From Antechinus flavipes (lineage: Eukaryota), in NCBI RefSeq assembly GCF_016432865.1, contig NC_067398.1, forward strand, positions 717,588,001-717,652,000: a stretch of 64,000 bases of DNA, given 5' to 3'. Positions 49,050-60,179 of this stretch are shown one piece after another. A program made the position numbers and the translations under genes. How positions within the stretch are numbered: position 1 is the first letter of the stretch; every line of letters begins with the position of its first letter. The notes under the pieces are model-generated. The model made no database searches and was not told where the DNA came from. It saw nothing but the letters and a program-made list of their open reading frames with translations.

Positions 49050-49234
49050 TCTCTGTCCCAAGCCTCTGTCTGATTTAGGATCAGAAAATCCCTTTAACTC
49101 CAAAGACTTCCTAAAATATGGCGTCCCTCTAAGATCATTTCAAGATCTATGTCTGAAACACCCCAGTTTTCCTCATTTTCCCAAGATTTCTATCTGGCCA
49201 TCGGACCCAGGTGGCTCTAGAGGGGAAACTGAGG
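49050..49234 (+). repeat. Inverted repeat copy B (partner at 45914-46076)
   Basis: TCTCTGTCCCAAGCCTCTG...CCCTTTAACTCCAAAGACTT...TTTCAAGATCTATGTCTGAAACACCC...GGCTCTAGAGGGGAAACTGAGG. Confidence 0.85.
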
Positions 49235-50939
49235 AAACTATGTTGAAAACACCCCATTTTCCTCATCTACCCAAGATTTTTTGGGTCTTGCTAAATAAAT
49301 ATGAGTAAAATAAAAAACAAAGTAAAGCAAGCATGATCATAATGTGTCCTTTTGGTCCATATTCTTTTATCCCCCTAAATATGAAGGGCAGCACATCTCC
49401 CCTATTTAGCTGCGCTGTGCTAGACATTATTCTGGAAATGTCCCATCTCTCGACAAGTGGCAGTGAAATTTTGTCACTTTTCTCACTAGAGAAAAAAACT
49501 TGTAGAGCAGTGATTGATGGAGAAACAAAGTGTTATATGATACTCTTGCTCCCAGATCTATGTGCTGAAATCTTTGAGCATTATGATTGGTTGAAGTGAT
49601 GAAGGAAGGAAAACAGAAAAGATCCCATTTGCCCCATGACAAACTTCATAAATTTATTATTCACCAGGGATATCTAGTATTTATACACAATTCTAAGGTT
49701 TGTGTATTGCTTTCTATATGTTATCTAATTTTTACAAATGGGGAAACTGAGATTAAGAGCTGGGTCACATAGCTAGTAAGGGTCTAAAATAGAATTTGGC
49801 TCAGATCTATCTACTATGATCAGCTACAGACAAGAGCCACCTTTCTAGCTAACTATACTTTAGCCACCTAGAGAGTTAAAGGTTTGCTCTCCTAGCCTGG
49901 CTTACAGTCTCAGAAATTTTTTAATTCACTCCACCCAGCAGAGAATTTGGAGGAGGCTCATTCAGGAAATTCAGGTTTAACAAATGGAAAAGAACAAAAG
50001 ACCAATAAGACGGTTCATTACCTAAACTATAGGCTTAGCCCTTAATTCTCCAGAACTAATCTCCAAACCCTAAAGGATCTCTGTAGGAAATGTAGGCGGG
50101 TTAACATTCACCAGGCGCTCTTACTGAGTATTTAATACGTTGGAGTGCATAGTACAGATCGATGGGCCGTGAAACAAATAAAAGGTGCTGTGGGGAAGGC
50201 ACCTTTATCCAGTTTTCCTATAATTTTCTTTGCTATTCTGTTCCAAGTGAATATTTGAATATTAAATATGGAAAATTATTATTCATTCCACCAAAGAAAG
50301 AAAGCCAAGGGAGTGTGCAGGAAGAGACTAGTATGGTTCTTCTAAGTCTCCTTAATAAGGAAATAGTCTCTTGACAAGTTAGCTCTTTGGTAAGATGTGA
50401 ACAACCCTGGTCCTGACCACTGCCCTTGCCCCTTTAATATCAAGAATGATTGATTGATGGATTCAAAGCGTACTCTGACTTGGTCTTTAAAAGGGGAGCA
50501 GAAACATGAAAGATAAAAGATCACAAAGAGAGTAGTTGCAAGAAAAATCAGAGTTGGTCGTCTGAAGAAGTCTGCTCCCGGGGGCCGCCCCAAGAAACTG
50601 TGAGGTTCTGGATGCGATGGTGAATGGAAGCTCAAGCTGAGGAGGGAGGAGCTCCTGCTCCAAATGGAGGCAGTCGGGGGCAACCAAAGTGGGGCAGGGG
50701 AACAAATGTGAAGTGGGCCCTTCCTGCCTAGGTGAGGGTTACAGACTGTTCAAATCTAGAGAAAGTGGTCAGTTTTCCACTGATCCCAAGGCTTTTGGAC
50801 GTTTGAAGCTTCACAGTGCCCAAGACTTTTGGGACACTGTAAAAATCCCTGCTGGACTCAGCCCAGAGAGGATGATGGACCCGGAAGGGATCTTTGAGAA
50901 CAAGTCCCATGTATTTGATTGGCGTTTGATTGATAGAGC

Positions 50940-51085
50940 AGAATAATACTCTCTGGCCAAGTGGGCCTTATACCGGGAGAGCAGGACTGGTTCAATATCA
51001 GGAAAACTATTGCTATAATCGACCATATCAACAACAAAACCAACAGAAGTCATATGATAATCTCAGTAAATGCAGAAGAAAGCTT
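50940..51085 (+). mobile_element. Short L1 ORF2 (RT N-terminal) fragment
   Basis: Encodes degenerate QVGLIPGEQDWFNIRKTIAIIDHINNKTNRSHMIISVNAE, matching the L1 DQVGFIPGMQGWFNIRKS...HMIISIDAEKAF motif. Confidence 0.75.
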
Positions 51086-54000
51086 TTTTTGATAATCTTC
51101 CAATTGGTTTGGGTTTGTTTGTTTGTTTGTTTTAATAAATTCTGCTTTTTCTATCACCATCATTTCCTGATATACGGGCGAGTCCTTCTGTAAACCAGAT
51201 AAAGGGGCGAGCATCACCAGCTAACAGAGTCCCCACCCCCAGAAGCACCTCCCCTGCTCCCATCCACCCCAAGGAGGGAAGTGTCCCCCATGGCTTGGTG
51301 GGGACCAGGGCTGCTGATCAGGAGGAACTGAGAGTGGCTGCTTGTTGGTCTGAGCAGGGAATCTTTGCTTCCTCCATATCTTCCTGAGTTTTCCGACTTT
51401 CTCCCTGCTCTTCACCAGTCAGAGCCCATCGGCCGACCATTACCTTGGTAACCCACGGCGTGTTCCCCGGGCGATGATCAGGCACCCTCTTTGTTTCCAT
51501 TTCTTGCCAGCCACTTAAAGGAATATCTGGCATTTTGTGCAGAGCCCTGGGCTAGGTTCTGGAGATAGGAAGGCCCCTCATTTCACAAAGGAGGAAAATG
51601 AGATCCAGCGTGGGGGAAGGACTCGCCAGGTCACACAAGAAGTCAACGACAGAGGCAGTATTTGAACTCAGGACTTCTGACCCTACTTCCATCGCTCTTT
51701 CTCCTATTCCACAGGATAATAAGGAATTATTCATGATGGTCAGAAGTTGAGAAGGGCAGGAGCAGAGGGGGCTGACTGGGAAGAAAGTGCCTGGGATGAG
51801 GCCTTGTCCAGTCCCAGCCAGGCAGGACCCCAGGTAGGGCAGGGCCACAGATACTCCAAGGCCCAGCTCTGCGCCGTCCTCCCAGGGAGCCTCCCCTGCT
51901 CCCTCCCATTGACCCTCTGTTGGACTTCTTACACATTAAATCGTTTTCTACCTTGTTTTATCCGGTACACATCTCATCTCCCTATTTAACCGAGGAGGAG
52001 CATAGGGGAAGGGAAGGGAAGGAGCTTCGGTCCTTGGGGCTACCCCCAAGCTCTGGCCTTTGGCTTTGGGGAGGTCACATCCCTTCTCTGGCCCCACATC
52101 CTGGGTGAGACCTCAGGCTCTGAGGGGCAAGGACCGAGAGTCCAGGAAGGAGACCTCGGCTTCCCTGATGGAGCTCTGCTCTTCCCAGAAGGCTTTAAGC
52201 TTCCCAAAGGACCCTTATCGTGCCCACCCTGGGAGAGAAGTGGTAAAAGCCTCAGCAGCCCCTTCGCAGGTGAGAGACTCGGGGGAGTTAAGCGCCGTGC
52301 TCTGGGTGGCTTACCGGGCGAATGCTGGGAACAGGCTTTAAACCTTCACCGTAGCACTGAAAGACCAGCAAATACCACGTCCTCTCAGAGGGACCTTCTC
52401 GTGCCCATGAGTTGCTGCCTCTTGTCCCAGAAGTTAGAAGGGAGCTCAGAGGGCCTCAAATCCAATCTCTTCATTTTATAGATGAGGAAACTGAGGCCCA
52501 CAGAACTTAGCTAACATTTCCAAGGCTGCCCAGACTCTAAGCATCTGAGGCGAAATTGGAAGCCAGGTCCTTTGGTCCTGCAGGAATTTTTCATGTAGGA
52601 TCTAAAGCCACCTCACAGCTGCACATATACATGTAAATTATTGGTCTACATCTACCTCAAAGCTCTCTCTCAGCTCTAAATTCTATGAAGAACTCTGGGG
52701 ATGATGGATACCCATCCACTGGGAAATGGCTAAACAATAGGTGGATGTCATGGGAATAGAAAGAAGGCAATGGAAGGGAAGGGAAGGTGGGTAAAGTAAA
52801 GGGAGGGGAAGGGGATAAAAAGCAGGGAAGGGAGGAAAGGGAAGGGAAGAAGCATATGAGAGGGCCTAGCATGTGCCAGCTATTGCTGCAAGTACTTTTT
52901 ATGAAGATCCTGACATTTAATGGAATTTTGCTGTCCAGTAAGAGACAATTCATGCAACGAATGCAGAAACACATGGGGGACAGAATAAGCAGAATCTACC
53001 TAATGTCCGCTCCCGTGTAAGTGGGACAAACAAGAAACAACTGAAACTGAATTCAGTAGGTCAGTCAATAAACGTTTATTAAGCGCCTACTATGTGCCAG
53101 GCAAAAAGTATAACTAAGCTTGTCTTCAGGGGAGGACGGGGAGAAGGTCCTTCCGTGTTTGCAGACGTGTGCAGTTACAGCTGTGAGATGTAGCATATGA
53201 CGGACTTTTTCGATGTGGAAATGAATTTTGCTGAACAGATTTTTTTTCTTCTTTTTTTAAATAAGAGGTGGCTCTCTGGACCAGGAGAGAGGGAGATATA
53301 TTGGTGAAGAGAAGGCTACGCAAACACAATTTATCCACAATTTTAAGGAAAAGAAAAACTGAGGCCGAGGGCTAGAGGAGAAAGGTTGCGTTCAGGGTCA
53401 CACCGATAGTAAGTGACAGACGAGGTCTCATAAAACTCTGATTAACCAAAGATCACACACGTATCTGGAAGAGGGTGAGAGTCCCGGGGGCTCGAATGGA
53501 CTGGGCATTGGAGTTTACCAGGGGGCTGCGGGGCCTTGGCGACAAACTGTATGGGACTTAAAAGGCGAGTGGGAGATTTGGGATTTTTCAACCAGGTCTT
53601 AGGGAAGCAATGAAGCTAAGGGGGTAGACTGGCCTCGGGAACCTTCCTCCTGGGAGGCATGGATGGAGGGAGCAAGACTGAAGGGAGGGCCATAGGGTGA
53701 TGTGGACACCTTAAGTCCATGTGAGTAATCTCATCTTAGATAGGAAGCTCTCCTAGCCAGGCCGGACCCCAATGACGCCCTCCTCCAATTCTTCCAAGTT
53801 ACCCATACCCTGGCTTTAACAGTCAGAGGTCCACACCTGATTAGACTTTATGAACTGTTGCTCTGGGCTGCCAAATAATCCACATACAGCAGGACTCNNN
53901 NNNNNNNNNNNNNNNNNNNNNNNNNNNNNNNNNNNNNNNNNNNNNNNNNNNNNNNNNNNNNNNNNNNNNNNNNNNNNNNNNNNNNNNNNNNNNNNNNNNN

Positions 54001-55183
54001 NNNNNNNNNNNNNNNNNNNNNNNNNNNNNNNNNNNNNNNNNNNNNNNNNNNNNNNNNNNNNNNNNNNNNNNNNNNNNNNNNNNNNNNNNNNNNNNNNNNN
54101 NNNNNNNNNNNNNNNNNNNNNNNNNNNNNNNNNNNNNNNNNNNNNNNNNNNNNNNNNNNNNNNNNNNNNNNNNNNNNNNNNNNNNNNNNNNNNNNNNNNN
54201 NNNNNNNNNNNNNNNNNNNNNNNNNNNNNNNNNNNNNNNNNNNNNNNNNNNNNNNNNNNNNNNNNNNNNNNNNNNNNNNNNNNNNNNNNNNNNNNNNNNN
54301 NNNNNNNNNNNNNNNNNNNNNNNNNNNNNNNNNNNNNNNNNNNNNNNNNNNNNNNNNNNNNNNNNNNNNNNNNNNNNNNNNNNNNNNNNNNNNNNNNNNN
54401 NNNNNNNNNNNNNNNNNNNNNNNNNNNNNNNNNNNNNNNNNNNNNNNNNNNNNNNNNNNNNNNNNNNNNNNNNNNNNNNNNNNNNNNNNNNNNNNNNNNN
54501 NNNNNNNNNNNNNGAATAGGGACCTCCCCCCCTGTATTTCCAGAGCCCCAGGACTAACACTCCCGTCAGCCCAAGAAAAGGGCCCACGATGGGCAAGGAT
54601 CTTTACTAGCAGCCACGAGAGGTCGGGGTGGTCTTTGGGATGTGACGGGAAGTTTCACTCCCAGGGGATCGTAAGGAATCCTAGACAGATGGGTTTGGGG
54701 GTAGGGGTTGACAAGCAAAGTCCTGGCACCTCAGACTTTGGACAAAACAGGATCCAAGCCTTTTCAAACTCGGAGACTCTACCTACGCTCCTGACTGACT
54801 TACAGGGAACGGGGGCACTGGTCTGGGCCCTCTCTCAGAAGCCTCACACCTAGCCCAAGGTCCCGGAACCAGGCAAAGGGGGCTTTCTTGATCATCAGGG
54901 TGGAAGGCCCGGTACCTCGGGGTCTCAGGGAAGAAGGTGGGATCAGGGCCAGCACTGAGGGGATTATAAGGAGCAGACCGCTTTCCTTTATCAATTCTCC
55001 CACCCAAGCCCCCCGTCAGCACCAAGATCACTGGCGCTCCAGGCAAAGGGGCAAGGGACAGGGAGAATTAAAAAGGCCAGAGACCCCAGGGAGGCAGGAG
55101 CTCTTGCTATCCCCCTGCCAGCCTCTCCACCCTGTCCCCCTTCCTCCCAGGGAGTCCCCGGTCTTTTCTTCCCTGCCGTCCCC

Positions 55184-55288
55184 TCAGCAGCTCTCCTTGG
55201 GGGCCTTCTTAGCGCCCTGCAGGATGAGGGCCGAGGCCGACGCCCGCTTCTGATGCCTCCATTTGGCCCGACGGTTTTTGAACCAGAC
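55184..55288 (-). CDS. GSC2: GSC2 (goosecoid homeobox 2) exon 3 coding part
   Basis: CAG|GTC; VWFKNRRAKWRHQKRASASALILQGAKKAPKESC*; K50 in helix 3. Confidence 0.95.
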   Translation of the reverse strand, partial: VWFKNRRAKWRHQKRASASALILQGAKKAPKESC

Positions 55289-55816
55289 CTGTGGAAGGGG
55301 AGGGGGAGAGAGACAGGAAGAGCCGTGGGTGCCTCCTCCATGCTGTCCTCCGCTCCTGCCTCGATTTCCCTACCTTCCTTTAATGGGATGGGGAAAAGGG
55401 CTCGGGGACAGTGGGATCTGCTTGCCAAGTTCCCCAGGGACTTCCCAAGAGGACTTCTGGAAAGAGACGTCCATGGCTGGAGCCGCGGGCCGGGGAGCCC
55501 ACCATGGAGAATGTCAGCACGGGGACAAAACTTAGAACGTGAAATGGCATCCGAGAACACAGAACATCCAGGCTGGAGACACTGCCAGGCCTGGGAGGGG
55601 CCCTAGAGAGCAAGGGGAAGAAGGGAAGGGGGAGGGACGGAGGAGGGAGGGCAGGCTGGGCAGAAATCAAAGCGGGACAAGAATGAGGAGTCTGGGGGCT
55701 CAGAATGGGGGGGGGACATGCAGAGGCTGAGGTGGGGGTGGCCCGCAGGGTCCGGTGCCTTCCTGGGCCCTCGCAGGTTCCCTGCTCTCCCTCCGCCTCT
55801 CTCACCAAGCTCCTAC

Positions 55817-56067
55817 CTCCACTCGCTCCTCCTTGAGGTGGATGCGGTTAGCCAGATGCTCTCGCGCCACCACATCTGGGTACTGGTTCTGCAAGAACAA
55901 GGCCTCCAAGGCCTGCAGCTGCTCCTCGCTGAAGATGGTTCGGTGCCTCCGGGTTCTTCTTTGCAGGGGCTGAAATGGGGGCAGGGTCCCAGCTGGGGGG
56001 CCCCGGGGCCCCTTGCACACACGGCCTGTAGCAGGAAGCAGCCTCAGTGGCCAAGGAAACCTGGAAT
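55817..56067 (-). CDS. GSC2: GSC2 exon 2 (251 nt)
   Basis: CTCCCAG|AT...GAG|GTAGGA; (D)[12 protein letters not shown]...[49 protein letters not shown]. The acceptor was chosen on phase and the WPLRL motif. Confidence 0.92.
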
Positions 56068-56344
56068 CTGGGAGAGGGACACAAAGTTACCCAGAACCCG
56101 TGACCCACAGCTCAATGGGGCCAGAACATGGGGCCTTCTGGGGCCCGTGTCCAACCCAGAACCAGGGCCAGCTGATCAGGCACGTGGGAACATAGAAAAA
56201 AGGACCTCAGAGGGTGTCAAATCCAACCCTCTTCTGCCACAGATGAGGAAACTGAGGTCCAGAGAAGTCGGCTTACTTCCCAAGGTCATGCAGGTCCTAC
56301 GTGGCTGAGTTGGGATTTGAACTCAGATTTTCTGGCCTTCTCTG

Positions 56345-57740
56345 TGGAACTTTTCTGAGAAAGAGAAAGAGACACACAGAGAGAAAGAGGAAGACAGAGA
56401 GATAAAGAGAAAGGGAAGAGAGGGAGGAAAAGAAAGGAAAGGAGGGAAAGATGGAGAGAGGGAAAGAGAGACAGAATCACCGAGAGAGGGACAAAGAGAA
56501 AGGGAAGAGAGGGAGGAAAAGAGAGGAAAGGAGGGAGAGATGGAGAGAGGGAAAGAGAGAGACAGAATCACAGAGAAAGGGACAGAGAGAAAGGGAAGAG
56601 AGAGAGGAAAGGAGGGAGAGATGGAGAGAGGGAAAGAGAGACAGAATCACAGAGAGAGGGACAGAGAGAAAGGGAAGAGAGAGAGGAAAGGAGGGAGAGA
56701 TGGAGAGAGGGAAAGAGAGACAGAATCACAGAGAGAGGGACAGAGAGAAAGGGAAGAGAGAGAGGAAAGGAGGGAGAGATGGAGAGAGGGAAAGAGAGAG
56801 ACAGAGTCACAGAGAGAGGGATAGAGAGAAAGGAAAGAGAAAGAGGAAAGGAGGGAGAGATGGAGAGAGGGAAAGAGAGACAGAATCACAGAGAGAGGGA
56901 CAGAGAGAAAGGGAAGAGAGAGAGGAAAGGAGGGAGAGATGGAGAGAGGGAAAGAGAGACAGAATCACAGGGAGGGACAGAGGAAGGAGGGAGAGATGGA
57001 GAGAAGGAAAGAGAGATAGAATCACAGAGAGAGGGACAGAGAGAAAGGGAAGAGAAAAAGGAAAGGAGGGAGAGATGGAGAGAGGGAAAGAGAGAGACAG
57101 AATCACAGAGAGAGGGACAGAGAGAAAGGGAAGAGAGGGAGGAAAAGCGAGGAAAGGAGGGAGAGATGGAGAGAGGGAAAGAGAGATAGAATCATAGAGA
57201 GAGGGACAGAGAGAAAGGGAAGAGAGGAAAGGAGGGAGAGATGGAGAGAGGGAAAGAGAGAGACAGAGTCACAGAGACAGAGGGAAGGATAAGAAAGACA
57301 TGGAGAGATATGGAAAGAGAAAATGAGAAAGAAAGAGGTAGAGAGACCAAAAGAAAGAAAAAGGGAGGAAAAGATGGAGAAATAGAGGCAGAGAAAAAGA
57401 GATGGAGAGATATAGAGATAAATGAGAGACAGAGAAGGATGGAGGCAAAGAGATGAGAGAAATGGAAAGAGAGAGGGAATGAGAGAGGAAAAAAAGACAG
57501 AGACAGAGAAATAGAGGGAAGGAAGGAGAGAAAAAGAGACAGGAAGAAACAGAGAAAGACAGAGGCTGAGAGGAAGAGAAAGAATGAAGAAAAAGGGAGG
57601 GAAAGAGATGGAGAAACTGAAAGAGAAAGAGAAAAAGAATGAGAGAGGAGGGGAAAGAGAAGGAGGGAGAGAGACAGACACAGAATGAGACAGAGGAGAT
57701 ATCAGAGAAGGAAAAGAGAAAGAGGGAAAGAAACAGAAAC
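56345..57740. repeat. Polypurine (GA-rich) tract containing ~79-bp tandem units, GSC2 intron 1
   Basis: GACAGAATCAC recurs at 56561, 56640, 56719, 56800, 56879, 56958; + strand is almost pyrimidine-free. Confidence 0.92.
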
Positions 57741-58611
57741 CCCGATCCCTTGACAGGGGAGAATGGAGGGGCAGCAGTGCCAGAGGCAACGGCCCAGAGG
57801 AAGAGGAATCGCCTCCTTGGGGACCCAGGGCAGGGGAAGGACAGAAGAGAACAAAAGTGAAAAACTGGGGGAAAGGAGAGTCGGTGAGTCCAGCAGCGAG
57901 CATTTATGAAGCACCTACTGTGTGCCAGGCATTGTGCTCAGCTCTGGGCATACAACAAGAGGCCAAAGCCATTCCCCGCCCTCGAGGAGCCCCGGTCTAA
58001 TGGGAGCCAACACAAACCCTTCAGACAAACGGGACATGAAAGGGATCGGGGAGGAGTGGCTGAGGCGCCCACGTGACCCTCCTCAAGCCTGCCGGCCATG
58101 GGCAGCATCCCGGGTGGGGACGGTCCCTCCCTGAGCCCCGAAGATGGAGGGGGAAACTCCAAAGGCAGGTGTTGGTCACGTGACCATGAGCAAGACCCTT
58201 TCCCAGTCTGGACTTCAGTTTCCCCATCTATGAAATGGGAGATCGTGCTTAGACGCCCGGCCTGTCTGGGTTGTGGAGACAAAAGTAATTTTCAAACCTT
58301 CAAAGCCCTAGAAAGCTAAGTGTCAGTGCTACTGTCCCTGAGAAGAGGGGCCGGAGGGGACTGAGTCTGTCCGGAGCCGGGCCCTTTTCTTGCTTGGCTC
58401 CTGGAGAGCTTCCAGTGCTGCTAGAAATGGAAGGAGGGTGGAGATGGAGGAACTGCCGGGGCAGCGTGGCCCCTGCTCTCGCTCTCCGTCTTCATTCTGT
58501 CCAGAGGCAGCCTTGGAATGGCAAAGTCACACAGCAGGACAGTGGGGTTAATTAGCAGGCTGTCTCAGCCTCTGGCCTTGCAAAATGAGAGGTTGGGCTA
58601 GATGTTCAGGG

Positions 58612-58956
58612 CCCTGTTCTAAGGGTCCTCCAGCCTTGAAAACCCCTGTTCTAAGATCCCTCCAGTGCTGACATCCCCTGTTCTAAGGCCCCTCCAGCCC
58701 TGACATCCCCTATTCTAAGGCCCCTCCAGCCTGACATCCCCTATTCTAAGGCCCCTCCAGCCTGACATCCCCTGTTCTAAGGGCCCTCCACCCTGACACC
58801 CCCTGTTCTAAGGCCCCTCCAGCCTGACATCCCCTGTTCTAAGGGCCCTCCACCCTGACATCCCCTGTTCTAAGGCCCCTCCAGCCCTGACATCCCCTAT
58901 TCTAAGGCCCCTCCAGCCCTGATACCCCCTGTTCTAAGCCCCCTCCAGCCTGACAT
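58612..58956. repeat. ~30-31-bp minisatellite, ~11 copies, GSC2 intron 1
   Basis: Unit CCCTGTTCTAAGGCCCCTCCAGCCCTGACAT. Confidence 0.92.
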
Positions 58957-59265
58957 TTCCTGGGCCGTTAGATGCTGTGCTAATCCCTTTATCCAGCCCT
59001 CTGCCTCCTGCTCCAGGGAGAAGACCAGTTGTCCAGGGTCCCTCCAAAGCTCACAATGATAGCGGGTCCTAGAACATCAGGGCTGAGAGCCCTTAGCAGT
59101 GAGCTTAGCAAATCTCGCACTTGCCAGAAGAGAAGACTAAGAGGGCGCAGGACTTGGCCAGAGCTCGGCCAGGATTCAAATCCCAGGCCCCCAAGCCCCT
59201 CTCTGAAGCAGCCATGAGCACGGACCCTCCTCTGGGGCCTGAGTCTCCGTGAGAAGCACACTCAC

Positions 59266-59551
59266 CCAGCCAGACAGCAGGCTCCTGCAGATGGTGGGGG
59301 CCGGCGTGGTGGGCACAGCAGCAGCAGATGCCACAGGCTGCCGGTCCTGGCTCCTCCAGCTCCTCTGGGTCCTCAGGATGGGTTCCGGGAGACCGGGACC
59401 CCCTGGGCGGCTCAGGACTCTTGATCTGGGTCTGTGGGCCAAAGTGGGGCAAGGCCGGCGGGGGAGGACTGGACAGGATATGGTCAATGCTGAATGGACA
59501 CGGCCTTCCGAGGTTCCCCCGGCCTGGCACGGCCCTGCCAGCCAGCGCCAT
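59266..59551 (-). CDS. GSC2: GSC2 exon 1 coding part (286 nt)
   Basis: ATG at 59551 (GGCATGG); RPCPFSIDHILSS eh1 repressor motif; CGICCCC cysteine cluster; donor CTG G|GTGAGT. Total CDS 642 nt = 213 aa. Confidence 0.92.
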
Positions 59552-59764
59552 GCCCTCCGCCACCCGGCTCCCAAAGCACGAGGAGACTGGGGCCGATGGC
59601 CGCCTCCCAGCCCAGCAGACCCAGAGAGCTGCCCTTCAGCTGTGAGTCAGTTATGGTCCTGGCCCAGCGAGTCTCGTGGTATGGAGACTGCAGACATCGA
59701 TAGGTATTTCTCTCCTAAGCTCCCAGCTTGCTGCCTGGGGCCGTCTTAAATATCTATCTATCTC

Positions 59765-60050
59765 TTTATATAAATATATATGTCGAGGGAGAGAGATGTA
59801 TAATCCCTTTGGAAAGAAAACTCTAAGACCCCTGTGAATAAAAGAAATTCTCCCTAATCTTCGTAGCTTTGTGTGGGGTTAACGTGGATCTAAGATTTAG
59901 CTAATCCTCCCGAAATGAGTCCAGGAGGAAATCTCGCCTCTCCATCTCGAGTGGAGATTGGAGGTGGTGTTTGGTGCCATTGTGAGCAGCCTGGGTCCGA
60001 GGCATCGGCGGCGGAACGGTTCCCAGACCAGAAATGGGCCCAGAGGATTA
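59765..60050 (-). promoter_or_regulatory. GSC2 proximal promoter: candidate TATA box and cluster of bicoid/K50 sites
   Basis: TATAAA on - strand at 59765-59770; TAATCCC 59801-59807, TAATCT 59855-59860, TAATCC 59902-59907, GGATTA 60045-60050. Confidence 0.65.
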
Positions 60051-60179
60051 GCGCCTTAAAAAACTCTGGCCATTATCCCCTGGGGACAGGGGAGGGCTCC
60101 CTGCCAGGAGGGAATTGTCACATTAGATGGCATTCGGGACAGACGGAGAAAAAGACTCCGGGCCAGACATGGGGGGGAG

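Noticed and set aside
50940-51085. L1 fragment ends at about the ORF2 position where the 15.1-kb L1 begins, suggesting one element split by rearrangement
   Set aside because: The pieces overlap by ~40 bp with several differences and are in the wrong order; independent insertions are simpler.
53898-54513. 616-nt N gap downstream of GSC2
   Set aside because: Content unknowable; ORFs spanning it are artefacts of N translation. It may hide the GSC2 poly(A) site, which I could not place.
56451-57197. 248-aa Arg/Glu-rich ORF and 460-540-aa Ser/Leu-rich ORFs at 60-62 kb
   Set aside because: Direct translations of GA/TC simple repeats, which lack stop codons by composition.
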